The notes beneath the pieces are model-generated. The model worked only from the letters and a program-made list of their open reading frames with translations, searched no databases and had not been told where the DNA came from. A stretch of 42,038 nucleotides of DNA, taken from Gammaproteobacteria bacterium. GTDB lineage: Bacteria; Pseudomonadota; Gammaproteobacteria; Magnimaribacterales; D2472. Shown in pieces: positions 21,101 to 31,571 of this stretch; the first letter of the stretch is position 1, and every line of letters starts with the position of its first letter. The stretch is taken from the NCBI GenBank assembly GCA_965656035.1, contig CBFHIO010000004.1, positions 1-42,038 of the forward strand. The letters are read 5' to 3'. Made by a program: the position numbers and the translations under genes.

Positions 21101-21302
21101 TAATAAAGAAATTGATTTGGTGATAAATACAACAGAAGGATCTCAGTCAATTAAAGATTCAGCAGCCATAAGAAGAACAGCACTACAAAATAAGATCTTT
21201 TGTACTACCACTATGTTTGGTGCATTTGCAATAATGCAGGCTCTTAATGGTAAAGAGGTAGATTGGTCATATAAGACACTTCAAGAAATACATAATTCTT
21301 AA
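18087..21302 (+). CDS. carB: carbamoyl-phosphate synthase large subunit
   Basis: [30 protein letters not shown] start, two ATP-grasp domains ([19 protein letters not shown]) and an MGS-like C-terminus. Confidence 0.97.
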   Translation: MPRRKDIKSILIIGAGPIIIGQACEFDYSGAQACKALKEEGFKVILVNSNPATIMTDPLMADATYIEPIHWESVEKIIEKEKPDAILPTMGGQTALNTALSLDKHGVLKKHGVILIGANREAIDKAEDRQLFDETMQAIGIETPSSGIAHSMEDAMKVQKKIGFPCIIRPSFTMGGTGGGIAYNIDEFEAICKKGLELSPTNELLIDESLIGWKEFEMEVVRDCKDNCIIVCSIENLDPMGVHTGDSITIAPAQTLTDKEYQIMRNASFKILREIGVDTGGSNVQFAINPDNGKMVVIEMNPRVSRSSALASKATGFPIAKVAALLSVGYTLDELKNDITGGLTPASFEPSIDYIVTKIPKFAFEKFPQAEPKLTTQMKSVGEVMAIGSNFQESLQKALASMEEDLNGLNSIVEKPYEKCKEEILYQLTFPGPKRLFYVCDAIRAGWGLEKIYELTKIDYWFLNQLDEILNVEKSLQDKRLSDLGYEQIYSLKKKGFTDSRIAQLINSKESDFRDLRKELNIFPAYRRVDTCAAEFATSTCYMYSTYADQCESNPTNNKKILVLGSGPNRIGQGIEFDYCCVHASLAMQEEGYESIMVNCNPETVSTDYDVSNRLYFEPITAEKILDIIDNEKPEAVIIQFGGQTPLKLAGVLSERGVKILGTDVDAIDRSEDRERFQELIQKLDLKQPANATVKNISEAMIEAEKIGFPIVVRPSYVLGGRAMQLVHNLNELELYLNEAVEVSNSKPILLDSYLTDAVEVDVDVVSDGKEIQVGGILQHIEQAGIHSGDSACSLPPYSLSKEIQKEISDQSIKIGKELDILGLMNIQFAVKEDVVYIIEVNPRASRTVPFISKAIGSSLVKIASKAMIGNTLANQKFSSALPDDLYFVKEAVLPFDKFPLVDPILGPEMKSTGEVMGIGIGFGEAYAKAQKGANKILPRSGTVFISVKDSDKKYLDELLPLIEKNGFEMVATVGTASYIKALNYKVKKINKVLEGRPHTVDSLLNKEIDLVINTTEGSQSIKDSAAIRRTALQNKIFCTTTMFGAFAIMQALNGKEVDWSYKTLQEIHNS

Positions 21303-21309
21303 TTATAGT

Positions 21310-21318
21310 TGCTATAAT
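21310..21318 (+). promoter_or_regulatory. extended -10 (TGcTATAAT) 6 nt upstream of the greA ATG (candidate leaderless promoter)
   Basis: Sequence reads TGCTATAAT TAAAAA ATG with no SD sequence. Confidence 0.6.
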
Positions 21319-21324
21319 TAAAAA

Positions 21325-21801
21325 ATGTCGCGGGTACCTATAACAATCGAGGGTGAAATAGCCCTTAAAGACGAATTGTCTAAACTTAAATTTATTGAGA
21401 GACCAAAAATTTCTGAAGCTATAGCTGAAGCTAGAGCCCATGGTGATTTAAAAGAAAACGCAGAATATCACGCGGCGAAAGAGCTTCAAGGTTTAATGGA
21501 AGCAAAAATAAATGAAATAGAAAATGCTTTATCAAATGCTCAAGTAATTAATGTAAAAGATATTCCAGAAACTGGTAGAGTGGTATTTGGTTCAACAGTT
21601 AAATTATATGATGTTAACAATGATAAAGAGATTGTTTATAAAATAGTAGGCAACTTAGAATCTGATCCTGAAAATGGAAATATCTCAATTGAAACACCAA
21701 TTGCAAAAGGTTTGGTTGGCAAGTTTGTTGATGATGAGGTGGAAATCGTTACTCCATCTGGAAAAATGACATACGAAATCATTGAAGTGAAACATATCTG
21801 A
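21325..21801 (+). CDS. greA: transcription elongation factor GreA
   Basis: Motifs EARAHGDLKENAEYHAAKE and ISIETPIAKGL. Confidence 0.96.
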   Translation: MSRVPITIEGEIALKDELSKLKFIERPKISEAIAEARAHGDLKENAEYHAAKELQGLMEAKINEIENALSNAQVINVKDIPETGRVVFGSTVKLYDVNNDKEIVYKIVGNLESDPENGNISIETPIAKGLVGKFVDDEVEIVTPSGKMTYEIIEVKHI

Positions 21802-22370
21802 TGCATGCTGATAACTGGGCAAATAAAGCAAAGAAGGAAGGTTACAGAACAAGAGCGGTCTATAAGCTCGAAGAAATTCTTCAAAAAACTAAATCTCTAG
21901 AAAAAAGTAAAAATGTTTTAGATTTAGGCTCAGCTCCAGGAGGGTGGTCGCAATATATCAAAAAAAAAGCTCCAAATTCACAGGTTTATGCTATTGATAT
22001 ATTAGATATGGAGGCAGTTGATGGAGTATTTTTTTTTCAAAAAAGCATCGAAGAAATAGATAACATAAATCAAATTAGTTCAAAAATGGGCTCTTTTGGG
22101 CTTGTAATTTCAGACATAGCCCCAAACTTAACTGGTATAAATGCTATAGATACAGAAAATATATATGAGCTCAATGTTCTAACTCTAGATACAGCAGTAA
22201 AATATTTAAATAAATCTTATGGCTCATTTATCATGAAGACATTTCAAAATGGTATGTTGAGAAATCTTCGAAAAAAAATGGAATTATCTTTTAAGATAGT
22301 CCAAACTTTTAAACCGGCTGCTTCTAAAAAGCAATCAGGTGAAATATTTTTGTATGGAGCATATAAATAA
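21801..22370 (+). CDS. rlmE: 23S rRNA Um2552 2'-O-methyltransferase (FtsJ), N-terminally trimmed
   Basis: [21 protein letters not shown] and ISDIAPN motifs with the K-D-K-E tetrad. Directly upstream of ftsH. Confidence 0.92.
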   Translation: MHADNWANKAKKEGYRTRAVYKLEEILQKTKSLEKSKNVLDLGSAPGGWSQYIKKKAPNSQVYAIDILDMEAVDGVFFFQKSIEEIDNINQISSKMGSFGLVISDIAPNLTGINAIDTENIYELNVLTLDTAVKYLNKSYGSFIMKTFQNGMLRNLRKKMELSFKIVQTFKPAASKKQSGEIFLYGAYK

Positions 22371-24283
22371 TGAATAGTGTTATAAGAAATTTAGTTGTCT
22401 GGTTCGTTCTGGGATCACTGTTAATTTATGTTTTCAATAACATAGAAAATGCAGGAGCTAGAGAGCAGATTAGCTATAGTCAATTTAAAGAAGAAGTTCT
22501 CTCAGATAGAATTGCTAAAGTGGTTTATAAAGGCGATCAAATGACAATTATTGGTGATCGTTTAGACGGCTCAAAGTTTGAAACCACACATCCAATATTT
22601 AAAAAAGATGAGGCTGTTGATAATGCTATTGAGGATAATGGTGTGATTGCTGTATACGAAAAAATTGAACAACCATCAGTTTTATCTCAATTATTGGTTG
22701 GCGCATTTCCGATATTGTTACTTTTAGGTATTTTCTTCTTTTTTATGAGGCAAATGCAAGGCGGAATGTCTGGTAAAGGCGGTCCTATGTCCTTTGGTAA
22801 GAGCAAAGCAAAATTGATGGAAGGTGGAAAAGTAAAAACCACATTTAAGGATGTTGCAGGTTGCGAAGAAGCAAAACAAGATGTTCAAGAGCTGGTTGAT
22901 TTTCTAAGAGATCCTACCAAGTTTCAAAAATTAGGTGGAAAAATTCCTAGAGGTGTTTTAATGGTTGGTCCCCCAGGTACCGGTAAGACGCTTTTAGCAA
23001 GAGCTGTTGCTGGTGAAGCAAAAGTTCCGTTTTTTACAATATCTGGATCTGATTTTGTAGAGATGTTTGTAGGTGTTGGTGCTTCAAGAGTAAGAGACAT
23101 GTTTGATCAGGCTAAAAAACAATCTCCATGTATTGTTTTTATTGATGAGATTGACGCCGTAGGCAGACATAGAGGTGCAGGTCTTGGAGGCGGTCATGAT
23201 GAAAGAGAGCAAACACTTAATCAATTGCTAGTTGAAATGGATGGTTTTGAAGGTAACGATGGAGTTATTGTAATAGCTGCAACTAATAGGCCTGATGTTC
23301 TTGATCCGGCATTATTAAGACCTGGAAGGTTTGATAGACAGGTTGTAGTAGATCTTCCTGACATTAGAGGTAGGGAAGCAATTCTTAAAGTTCATATGAG
23401 AAAAGTACCACTTGATTCAGATGTCGATCCATTGGTATTGGCAAGAGGCACACCAGGTTTCTCTGGAGCAGACTTAGCCAACTTAATTAATGAAGCAGCA
23501 TTATTTGCAGCTAGATATTCTGATAAAAAAATAGATCAGAACCATTTAGATCTAGCTAAAGATAAAATCATGATGGGCGCTGAAAGGAAATCTATGATTT
23601 TAAGTGAAGAACAAAAGAGAATTACTGCTTATCATGAAGCAGGTCATGCAATTGTTGGAAGACTATGCCCAACACATGACCCAGTTTACAAAGTTACTAT
23701 TATTCCAAGAGGAAGAGCTCTTGGTGTAACAATGTTCTTGCCAGAAGAAGATACTTACATGCAAAGTAAAGAATACTTATTAGCAAGGATAGCAGCATTA
23801 TTTGGTGGCAGAATAGCTGAGAGTATTATTAATGGTAATCAAGGTATAACTACCGGTGCCTCGAATGATATTGAGGTAGCAACAAACATAGCTACCAATA
23901 TGGTGACAAAATGGGGATTTTCTGATGCTCTTGGAACTATTAAATTTGGCGAAGATGAGGGAAGCCCATTCCTTGGAAGGACAGCCTCATCTCCATCACA
24001 GCATAGAAGTGAGGAGACTTCTAAACTAATTGATTCTGAAATTAAATCAATTATTGATTCATGTTACGAAAGAGCTGAAAATTTATTAAAAACAAATCTC
24101 GATAAGCTAAATGTTATGGCTGATGCATTATTAAAATATGAAACAATCGACCAATCTCAGATTGATGACATAATGGCAGGTGCTGAACCCAGAGAACCAA
24201 AAGGTTGGTCAGATGACGAACAAAAACCTAAAACTAAGACAAATAAAAAAACTTCAATAAAAGGCGCTGCTGAAGAGTTATAA
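22370..24283 (+). CDS. ftsH: ATP-dependent zinc metalloprotease FtsH
   Basis: Two TM helices, Walker [41 protein letters not shown] and HEAGH. Confidence 0.97.
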   Translation: MNSVIRNLVVWFVLGSLLIYVFNNIENAGAREQISYSQFKEEVLSDRIAKVVYKGDQMTIIGDRLDGSKFETTHPIFKKDEAVDNAIEDNGVIAVYEKIEQPSVLSQLLVGAFPILLLLGIFFFFMRQMQGGMSGKGGPMSFGKSKAKLMEGGKVKTTFKDVAGCEEAKQDVQELVDFLRDPTKFQKLGGKIPRGVLMVGPPGTGKTLLARAVAGEAKVPFFTISGSDFVEMFVGVGASRVRDMFDQAKKQSPCIVFIDEIDAVGRHRGAGLGGGHDEREQTLNQLLVEMDGFEGNDGVIVIAATNRPDVLDPALLRPGRFDRQVVVDLPDIRGREAILKVHMRKVPLDSDVDPLVLARGTPGFSGADLANLINEAALFAARYSDKKIDQNHLDLAKDKIMMGAERKSMILSEEQKRITAYHEAGHAIVGRLCPTHDPVYKVTIIPRGRALGVTMFLPEEDTYMQSKEYLLARIAALFGGRIAESIINGNQGITTGASNDIEVATNIATNMVTKWGFSDALGTIKFGEDEGSPFLGRTASSPSQHRSEETSKLIDSEIKSIIDSCYERAENLLKTNLDKLNVMADALLKYETIDQSQIDDIMAGAEPREPKGWSDDEQKPKTKTNKKTSIKGAAEEL

Positions 24284-24284
24284 T
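24279..24284 (+). promoter_or_regulatory. -10 box TATAAT overlapping the ftsH stop, 7 nt upstream of the glmM ATG (candidate leaderless promoter)
   Basis: Sequence reads TATAAT CTTAGCT ATG. Confidence 0.5.
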
Positions 24285-24291
24285 CTTAGCT

Positions 24292-25614
24292 ATGACTCTT
24301 AAGTTTGGAACTGATGGTATTCGAGGACCTGTAGAAACCCATATAACACCAGAGGCTTGTTTAAAAATTGGACATGCCACTGGTTTGGTTATGAAAGAGC
24401 AGGGCTGGGATACTGTTATGATTGGAAAAGACACACGAGTATCAGGTTATATGCTTGAATCTGCATTGCAGGCTGGCTTTATTGCTGCTGGAGTCAATGT
24501 AAGCTTGTGTGGACCATTACCAACACCAGGAGTAGCATATCTTACAAAATCACTAAGAAAAAAATTCGGAGTGGTTATAAGTGCATCTCATAACGATTTT
24601 TTAGATAACGGAATAAAAATATTTAATGCTGATGGTGAAAAGTTATCTAGGGATTTAGAGAAAAAAATAGAAAAACTATTAGAAGCTAATTTAAGTCCAG
24701 TAAGCACTAAAGAACTAGGAAAAGCCAGGCGTTTTGATGAGTCTGGAGCAAGATATATTGAATTTTGCAAATCAACAGTCCCTCAAAATATTTCATTTGA
24801 ATCTTTAAGAATTATTTTAGATTGCGCAAATGGCGCATGCTACAAAACAAGCCCAGATGTTTTTAAAGAACTTGGAGCAGAGGTGATTGCAATTGGTGTT
24901 GATCCTGATGGGTATAATATCAATGCTAATTGTGGGTCAACACATCCAGAACTTGTTCAAAAAGAAGTTATCAAGCATAGAGCTGATTTTGGAATATCTC
25001 TCGACGGCGATGGTGATAGAGTAATTATTATTGATCGCGATGGAAATATACTAGACGGAGATGATCTTTTATATATATTGGCTTTTGCTAATCCAAACAG
25101 AACAGGTCCCTGGTCAGGTGTTGTTGGAACGCATATGAGTAATCTTGGTTTTGAAGATGGCATTACAAAGCTTGGATATAAATTTATACGTGCTGATGTT
25201 GGTGATAAATATGTCAGCAACATGCTTACAAAAAAAGGCTGGATGTTAGGCGGTGAAACCTCAGGACATATAATATGCAAAGACTTAGTTAGTACTGGTG
25301 ACGGAACCATTGCAGCCCTCAAAGTAATTTCCTCATTGCTGCTTCTTGAAAAAGACCCTGCAGAAGTTCTTTCAAATTATACAAAGATGCCCCAAGTTAA
25401 TAGTGCTGTAAAAGTTGTGAATAAAGATATCGCTAACGACAAGGATTTGTTAAATCTGATAAAAGAAATAGAATCTGACATTACAGTTGGCAGAGTTCTT
25501 GTAAGACCTTCTGGTACAGAGAGCAAAATAAGAGTAATGATTGAGGCTCCTGAGGAAAAAGTCGCAAAAAAATATGTCAATGACATTTGTGACCTAATTA
25601 AATCTAAATTTTAA
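24292..25614 (+). CDS. glmM: phosphoglucosamine mutase
   Basis: Motifs FGTDGIRG, GVVISASHN, DGDGDR, GGETSGH and RPSGTE. Confidence 0.95.
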   Translation: MTLKFGTDGIRGPVETHITPEACLKIGHATGLVMKEQGWDTVMIGKDTRVSGYMLESALQAGFIAAGVNVSLCGPLPTPGVAYLTKSLRKKFGVVISASHNDFLDNGIKIFNADGEKLSRDLEKKIEKLLEANLSPVSTKELGKARRFDESGARYIEFCKSTVPQNISFESLRIILDCANGACYKTSPDVFKELGAEVIAIGVDPDGYNINANCGSTHPELVQKEVIKHRADFGISLDGDGDRVIIIDRDGNILDGDDLLYILAFANPNRTGPWSGVVGTHMSNLGFEDGITKLGYKFIRADVGDKYVSNMLTKKGWMLGGETSGHIICKDLVSTGDGTIAALKVISSLLLLEKDPAEVLSNYTKMPQVNSAVKVVNKDIANDKDLLNLIKEIESDITVGRVLVRPSGTESKIRVMIEAPEEKVAKKYVNDICDLIKSKF

Positions 25615-25616
25615 TT

Positions 25617-26360
25617 GTGATAATTGCTAACTGGAAAGCTAATGGTGATTTTGAATCAAACAAAGCTTGGTGCAAACGATTTATCTCAAGAATGTCTGTA
25701 AGAGGCACGAAATCTATTGGAATAGCACCTTCATATTTGCACTTTAATCAAATAAAAAATGACTTTAAAGACCATGATATTGAAGTTGGTTTTCAAGATG
25801 TTGATATTGAAGGTGGAGCAAGAACTGGGTCAATTTCTCCATCAATGGCATTAGATAGTGACTGCTCATTTTGTTTAATTGGTCATTCAGAGAGACGAGA
25901 AATATTTAAAGAAGATAATAATCTCATTTCCAAAAAATACCAGGTATTAATAAAGCATAATATAAAACCAATCTTGTGTATTGGTGAGAGCTTTGAAGAG
26001 TATAAGTCAGGTAAAACAGAAAAAAAGTTACAATCTCAAATTGAAGAATGCATCTTGAACAATACTTCAAATGAAAACTTAACTATAGCTTACGAGCCAG
26101 TATGGGCAATAGGAACAGGGAATACCCCCAAACCAAAAGATGTGAATACAATTCACGAATTCATTAAAGATGTTGTACAATCCGCATCTGAAAATAATTC
26201 AAGTCCAAGAGTATTATATGGCGGAAGCGTAAATAAGGTGAATGCATCTGATTTTTTTGTTGAAAAAAATATTGATGGCGCTTTAATTGGTGGCGCCTCT
26301 TTAGACGCAGATATATTTTCAGATATTATAGAAATTTATAGAAGGCATAAAGAAAAATGA
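25617..26360 (+). CDS. tpiA: triosephosphate isomerase
   Basis: Motifs NWK, IGHSERR, AYEPVWAIGTG, YGGSV and GGASL. GTG start. Confidence 0.95.
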   Translation: MIIANWKANGDFESNKAWCKRFISRMSVRGTKSIGIAPSYLHFNQIKNDFKDHDIEVGFQDVDIEGGARTGSISPSMALDSDCSFCLIGHSERREIFKEDNNLISKKYQVLIKHNIKPILCIGESFEEYKSGKTEKKLQSQIEECILNNTSNENLTIAYEPVWAIGTGNTPKPKDVNTIHEFIKDVVQSASENNSSPRVLYGGSVNKVNASDFFVEKNIDGALIGGASLDADIFSDIIEIYRRHKEK

Positions 26361-26668
26361 TAGTTTTAATTAAGATAGTATGTGTAGTTTTAGCTGTTGC
26401 AATAATCGCATTAGTTTTATTACAGCAAGGAAAAGGGTCTGATTTGGGATCTGCATTTGGTGGGGGTTCTTCAAATTCCATGTTTGGGGCACTAGGACCA
26501 TCAGATTTTTTGGGAAAATTAACATACTACTTAGTCGCTCTATGGTTAGTTTTAACACTTGGATTGGCATATTTATATAAAAATGAGAATACTAAAGAGA
26601 TGTTTGAAACACCATTAATTGAAGAGGTGATGGAAGAAATTCCAACGGATCAAATCCCTATCGAGTAA
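26357..26668 (+). CDS. secG: preprotein translocase subunit SecG
   Basis: VLLQQGKGSDLGSAFGGGSS..FG motif, two TM helices, follows tpiA. Confidence 0.94.
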   Translation: MIVLIKIVCVVLAVAIIALVLLQQGKGSDLGSAFGGGSSNSMFGALGPSDFLGKLTYYLVALWLVLTLGLAYLYKNENTKEMFETPLIEEVMEEIPTDQIPIE

Positions 26669-26681
26669 AATAAATTAAGAA

Positions 26682-26768
26682 TGGTGCCGAAAGCGGGACT
26701 TGAACCCGCACGAGCTTTCGCTCACTAGCCCCTCAAGCTAGCGTGTCTACCAATTCCACCACTTCGGC
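26682..26768 (-). tRNA. tRNA-Leu(GAG)
   Basis: Reverse complement GCCGAAGTGGTGGAATTGGTAGACACGCTAGCTTGAGGGGCTAGTGAGCGAAAGCTCGTGCGGGTTCAAGTCCCGCTTTCGGCACCA: long variable arm, GAG anticodon, encoded CCA. Confidence 0.96.
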
Positions 26769-26780
26769 AAAAGATTGTGA

Positions 26781-26789
26781 ATTATAGCA
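26781..26789 (-). promoter_or_regulatory. extended -10 promoter for tRNA-Leu
   Basis: Minus strand TGCTATAAT, 12 nt upstream of the tRNA 5' end. Confidence 0.6.
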
Positions 26790-26820
26790 AGATATTATTT
26801 TAAATATAAAAATAATATAC

Positions 26821-26849
26821 TTGACCAAACATACTAAACTTCATAAACT
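26821..26849 (+). promoter_or_regulatory. sigma70 promoter for the tRNA-fMet-rimP-nusA-infB operon
   Basis: TTGACC, 17 nt spacer, TAAACT, preceded by an AT-rich tract. Confidence 0.65.
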
Positions 26850-26864
26850 TCACACTCGCTGCGT

Positions 26865-26941
<77 letters not shown>

Positions 26942-26961
26942 CAGTTACATATATTTTTTGT

Positions 26962-26981
26962 GGGGCATATGCCCTTTTTTT
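26962..26981 (+). terminator. rimP-leader-like intrinsic terminator/attenuator
   Basis: GGGC ATAT GCCC followed by T7 just upstream of rimP, matching the position and GGGC...GCCC-U-run form of the gammaproteobacterial rimP leader. Confidence 0.65.
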
Positions 26982-26991
26982 GTATAAAAAA

Positions 26992-27474
26992 ATGATGAAA
27001 GATGAAATTGAGAAAATTGTAAAGCCTGTTATTGAAAGACATGAATGTTTTTTATGGGGGATTGAAATTTTAAGAGGTAGAAAAAGACCGACACTTAGGG
27101 TTTATATAGAATCTGAATTGGGAGCAACTATAGACGATTGTGAAAAAATTTCTAAAGATCTAAATTATGAAATTGATCTAGATTCATCGTTTGGTGATGA
27201 TTATATTTTAGAGGTGTCCACACCAGGAATTAGTAGGAGATTTTTTAAACAAAGTCAGCTAGAGCCTTATTTGGGAGAGGATCTAAAAATAAAATTAAGA
27301 GAGCCTATCGAGGGAATTAAGAACATTGAAGGCACCTTAGTTGATTGTAATAAGGAACATTTTCTTATAGAGTCAAAAAACTTGGAGTATAAGTTAGACT
27401 TTAGTGACATTGACTTTTGTAAGTTAGAACCAAATTTTGATAAATTAATGAAGGAAGAAAATTATGCAAAGTAA
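26992..27474 (+). CDS. rimP: ribosome maturation factor RimP
   Basis: Motifs LWGIE, TLRVYIE, TIDDCEKIS and YILEVSTPGI.R. True start ATG 26992; the longer ORF-track version runs through the tRNA. Confidence 0.93.
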   Translation: MMKDEIEKIVKPVIERHECFLWGIEILRGRKRPTLRVYIESELGATIDDCEKISKDLNYEIDLDSSFGDDYILEVSTPGISRRFFKQSQLEPYLGEDLKIKLREPIEGIKNIEGTLVDCNKEHFLIESKNLEYKLDFSDIDFCKLEPNFDKLMKEENYAK

Positions 27475-28924
27475 TGAGATTTTAGCTGTAGTTGATTCAG
27501 TTTCTGCTGAAAAAGGCTTAGAAAAAGATGTAATTTTTAAAGCTATTGAAACAGCTATTGCATCTGCTTCTCAAAGACATTTTCATGAAGATGCTGATTT
27601 ATTTGTCTCTATTAATAGAGATACAGGCGAGTATTCAACACATAGAAATTGGATAGTTTTTGATGAAAGTAATGAAGAATTTCATCCTGAAACTCATATT
27701 TCAACTGGTGACTCTAATCTAGGATTGAATGAAATTTATACTAAAGAGCAAGAAAATGTTCTTTTTGGAAGAATAGAAACACAAGCTGCAAGACAAGTAA
27801 TGTTGCAAAAAGTTAGAGAGGCAGAAAGAGAGAAGGTTGTAGCACAATTTAAAAATCAAAATAATCAGCTAGTTAATGGAACTGTTAAAAGAGTAACAAG
27901 AGACAATATAATTGTGGACATTGCTTATGATGCTGAAGCTATTTTACCTAGGGATAAATTAATGCCGGGAGAGATATATAAAATTAATGACAGAGTTAGA
28001 GCTATTCTTCAAATTCAAGAGATTGAAGGAAGAGGTCCTCAATTAATTTTAAATAGGTCTTGTCCAGAAATGGTAACCGAACTTTTTAGTATAGAAGTTC
28101 CAGAAATTAACGAGGACGTTATTGAAATTAGAGGTGTTGCAAGAGATGCTGGTTCAAGATCTAAGATAGCAGTCAAAACAAATGACGGAAGAATAGATCC
28201 TGTTGGAGCATGTGTTGGCATGAGAGGTTCAAGAGTTCAGGCTGTTTCTGCTGAGTTAGGTAATGAAAGAATAGATATTATTATTTATGATGATAACCCT
28301 GCGCAGTTAGTCATCAATGCCTTAGTACCTGCTAAAGTTGAATCTATTGTTATGGATGAGGATTCAAGATCAATGGATATTGCTGTTAATCAAGAAAATT
28401 TAGCATTAGCAATTGGCTCAAGAGGTCAAAATATTAGATTAGCTTCTAAATTAGTGGGCTGGGATCTAAATATTATAAGTAGCGAAGAAGCTGAAGCCAA
28501 AGTTAAAGTTGATGAAACTGAATTTTTAGCTAGTCTAATTAGCAGTCTTGAGGTGTCAGAAGAAGTTGCTGAAAAAATTGCTTCAACAGGCTTAGGTAGT
28601 TTTGATGACATAGCCTATGCAGAAGACAAAATCTTTAGAGCATTTATTGAAAATGATGAAGAGATTGCAAGGATTAAAGGCGCAGCTGAGGATGCAGCAT
28701 TATTAGAGGCGATGGGAGCAATAACTGAAGAGGAAGATAATCTGGAATCACTTTCTGATTTAGATTTAACTGATAAAGACATTCAAAAGTTATCTAATAA
28801 AGGTATCAAAAACAAAGACGATCTTGCTGAGTTAGCTGTTGATGAGTTACAAGACATTATTGAGATTTCTTCTGAGGATGCATCAAAGATGATAATGAAA
28901 GCAAGAGAACATTGGTTTAATTAA
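27464..28924 (+). CDS. nusA: transcription termination/antitermination factor NusA
   Basis: Motifs FGRIETQAARQV, ARDAGSRSKIAV, DPVGACVGMRGSRV, AIGSRGQNIRLAS and terminal AREHWF. Confidence 0.96.
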   Translation: MQSNEILAVVDSVSAEKGLEKDVIFKAIETAIASASQRHFHEDADLFVSINRDTGEYSTHRNWIVFDESNEEFHPETHISTGDSNLGLNEIYTKEQENVLFGRIETQAARQVMLQKVREAEREKVVAQFKNQNNQLVNGTVKRVTRDNIIVDIAYDAEAILPRDKLMPGEIYKINDRVRAILQIQEIEGRGPQLILNRSCPEMVTELFSIEVPEINEDVIEIRGVARDAGSRSKIAVKTNDGRIDPVGACVGMRGSRVQAVSAELGNERIDIIIYDDNPAQLVINALVPAKVESIVMDEDSRSMDIAVNQENLALAIGSRGQNIRLASKLVGWDLNIISSEEAEAKVKVDETEFLASLISSLEVSEEVAEKIASTGLGSFDDIAYAEDKIFRAFIENDEEIARIKGAAEDAALLEAMGAITEEEDNLESLSDLDLTDKDIQKLSNKGIKNKDDLAELAVDELQDIIEISSEDASKMIMKAREHWFN

Positions 28925-28939
28925 AAAGAGGTAATTATT

Positions 28940-31213
28940 TTGGCTTTAACTGTTAAAGATTTTGCAAAGACTTTAAAGATTAGCGATTCTGCTTTGCTTG
29001 AGCGAATGCAAAATGCCGGATTAAGTCACTCCAAAAATACTGATGAGGTTACACCTTCAGATAAACAAGCTCTTTTAAAATCTTTGAAAAGTGGAAAAGC
29101 TGCTTCCGCAAAATCTATGACTTCTGGCTCAGGGGTCACTGTTACATCAAGAGGAAAAATATCTAAAGATACAGAGTCTGTAAAAAGCTATTCAGATAAT
29201 ATCGAAGCAAAAAGAGCCGCAGCTTCTGAGCAACTTAAAGAACAACAAAAGAAAAGAGAAGAACAATTAAAAGAAGCAGTAAGGCTAAAACAAGCAGAAA
29301 TTAAAAAAAGGGAAAAGTTCAAGAAAGTTGATAAAGATAAGCCAGAAATCAAAGCTAATGTAAGAGATCAGCTTTCAAGTGCCGTCAATGCTTACAAAAG
29401 GAGAGAGGCTGCTTTTCCTCAAGAATCAGAGCATAAATTTGAAGCGCCTACAGAGTTCATAAAAAAAGACATAGAAGTTCCATCATCAATTCAAGTTGGT
29501 GAATTGGCTAAATTAATGGCTGTTAAAGGAAATATAGTTGTAAAAAACTTAATGGGACTTGGTGTTGTAGCAACTATAAATGATGTAATCGACCAGGAGA
29601 CAGGAATCTTGGTAGTAGAGGAAATTGGCCATAACGGCATTGCATTAAAAGAAGAAAATTTTGAAGAAGATTTAGCAAATTTAATTAATTATACGGATGA
29701 AGCAAAACCCAGATCTCCAGTTATAACCGTTATGGGGCATGTTGATCATGGTAAAACAACTCTTCTTGATTTTATTCGTAAAACTAAAGTAGTTGATGAT
29801 GAGGCTGGTGGCATTACACAGCATATTGGAGCTTATGAAGTTGATACACCAAAAGGAAAAATTACTTTCATTGATACACCTGGCCATGCTGCTTTTTCAT
29901 CAATGAGAGCTAGGGGAGCCAATACAACTGATATTGTTATTTTAGTTGTTGCTGCAAATGATGGTATTAAGCCGCAAACCGAAGAGGCTATTAATCATGC
30001 AAAAGCAGCCGGTGTTTCGATTGTTGTTGCAATAAATAAAATTGATTTAGATGGAGCAGATATTGATAAAGTTAAAGGAGATTTAGCTGCCAAAGACTTG
30101 ACTCCAGAAGACTGGGGAGGAACAACACAAATGGTTCCAGTATCAGCTTTAAAAGGTACTGGTGTTGATAAATTATTAGAATGTGTTTCTCTTGAAGCAG
30201 AATTACTTGAATTAAAAGCCCATCACAATGGCCCTGCCCAGGGCGTAATCATTGAATCAGAGTTAGATAAATTTAGAGGCTCAGTTGCGACCTTTTTGGT
30301 TCAAAATGGAACATTAAAAGTTGGTGATTTAGTTGCTTCTGGAAATTCAATGGGAAAAATCAAAAGTATTGTAAAGAGCGACGGATCAAAGATTAAATTA
30401 GCCGGCCCATCTGCTGCTGTTGAAGTTTTGGGTTTAAACAACGTACCAAATGCAGGCGATCATTTCCAGGTAGTTGAGAATGAAAAACAAGCAAGAGAAA
30501 TTGCTGAGTATAGAGTTAATAAAGAAAAGGAAAGAAAGCTTTTAAAACAAAAAGATGATACTGCTGGTAATTTATTTGAATCGCTAGGACAAGAGTCTAA
30601 AAAAGTACTTAATATAATTGTTAAAACTGATGTTGGTGGAACATGTGAAGCAATTTCAGCCGCACTAAATGATTTAGGCAATGATTTGGCAAAAGTTAAG
30701 ATTGTATCTAGTGGTGTTGGTGGAATATCAGAGTCAGATGCAAACTTGGCATTGGCCGTAGATGCAATTATTTTAGGCTTTAATGTGAGATCAGATAATT
30801 CTGCAAAGAAAATTATAGAAGATGAATCCATACCTTTAAGTTACCACAGTATTATTTATGAATTATTAGACGATGTGAAAGCAAGAATGAGTGGACTTCT
30901 AGACCCAATTATTAGAGAAGAAATAGTAGGTACAGCAGAGGTATTAGAAGTATTCAATTCTCCTAAATTTGGGCAAATTGCGGGTTGTATGGTTATTGAA
31001 GGAAATGTCTTAAGAAATAAACCAGTAAGAGTGCTTAGAGATGAGATAGTCATCTTCGAGGGTGAATTAGATTCTCTAAGAAGGTTTAAAGAAGATGTAA
31101 ACGAAGTTAAAAATGGAACAGAATGCGGTATGGGCATCAAAAATTATAAAGATATTAAACCTGGCGATAAAATAGAGGTTTATGATCGAAAAGAAGAAGC
31201 ACAATCAATGTGA
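28940..31213 (+). CDS. infB: translation initiation factor IF-2 (short N-domain, TTG start)
   Basis: Motifs [35 protein letters not shown] and [15 protein letters not shown] upstream of the TTG. Confidence 0.97.
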   Translation: MALTVKDFAKTLKISDSALLERMQNAGLSHSKNTDEVTPSDKQALLKSLKSGKAASAKSMTSGSGVTVTSRGKISKDTESVKSYSDNIEAKRAAASEQLKEQQKKREEQLKEAVRLKQAEIKKREKFKKVDKDKPEIKANVRDQLSSAVNAYKRREAAFPQESEHKFEAPTEFIKKDIEVPSSIQVGELAKLMAVKGNIVVKNLMGLGVVATINDVIDQETGILVVEEIGHNGIALKEENFEEDLANLINYTDEAKPRSPVITVMGHVDHGKTTLLDFIRKTKVVDDEAGGITQHIGAYEVDTPKGKITFIDTPGHAAFSSMRARGANTTDIVILVVAANDGIKPQTEEAINHAKAAGVSIVVAINKIDLDGADIDKVKGDLAAKDLTPEDWGGTTQMVPVSALKGTGVDKLLECVSLEAELLELKAHHNGPAQGVIIESELDKFRGSVATFLVQNGTLKVGDLVASGNSMGKIKSIVKSDGSKIKLAGPSAAVEVLGLNNVPNAGDHFQVVENEKQAREIAEYRVNKEKERKLLKQKDDTAGNLFESLGQESKKVLNIIVKTDVGGTCEAISAALNDLGNDLAKVKIVSSGVGGISESDANLALAVDAIILGFNVRSDNSAKKIIEDESIPLSYHSIIYELLDDVKARMSGLLDPIIREEIVGTAEVLEVFNSPKFGQIAGCMVIEGNVLRNKPVRVLRDEIVIFEGELDSLRRFKEDVNEVKNGTECGMGIKNYKDIKPGDKIEVYDRKEEAQSM

Positions 31214-31223
31214 TTGAATTTTA

Positions 31224-31571
31224 ATGTCATCATTAAGAGCAGAAAAAATAGGCGACGAACTGAAAAAAGAAATATCTTTAATTATCAATAAAGAAACAAA
31301 AGATCCAAGGCTTCAAAATATTAATATTACTGCTGTAAAAGTCTCAGATGATATTGGTATAGCTACTGTGTTTTATACAGTTATCGGAAAATCTATTATT
31401 AAAGATAAAAGTGAAATTAATCCAAAAGTATTAAAAAAATTTTCAGGCATGATTCGTTCAAAGCTTTCAAAAACTATGCAGATTAGGAGGGTGCCTGTTA
31501 TAAATTTTAGATTTGATGAAAGTATCGAATATTCCGATAACATTGAAAGCTTATTAAAGAATATAAAATAA
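31224..31571 (+). CDS. rbfA: ribosome-binding factor A
   Basis: Motifs KDPRL, ITAVKVS.D...ATVFY and RRVP...F.FDESIE. Confidence 0.93.
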   Translation: MSSLRAEKIGDELKKEISLIINKETKDPRLQNINITAVKVSDDIGIATVFYTVIGKSIIKDKSEINPKVLKKFSGMIRSKLSKTMQIRRVPVINFRFDESIEYSDNIESLLKNIK

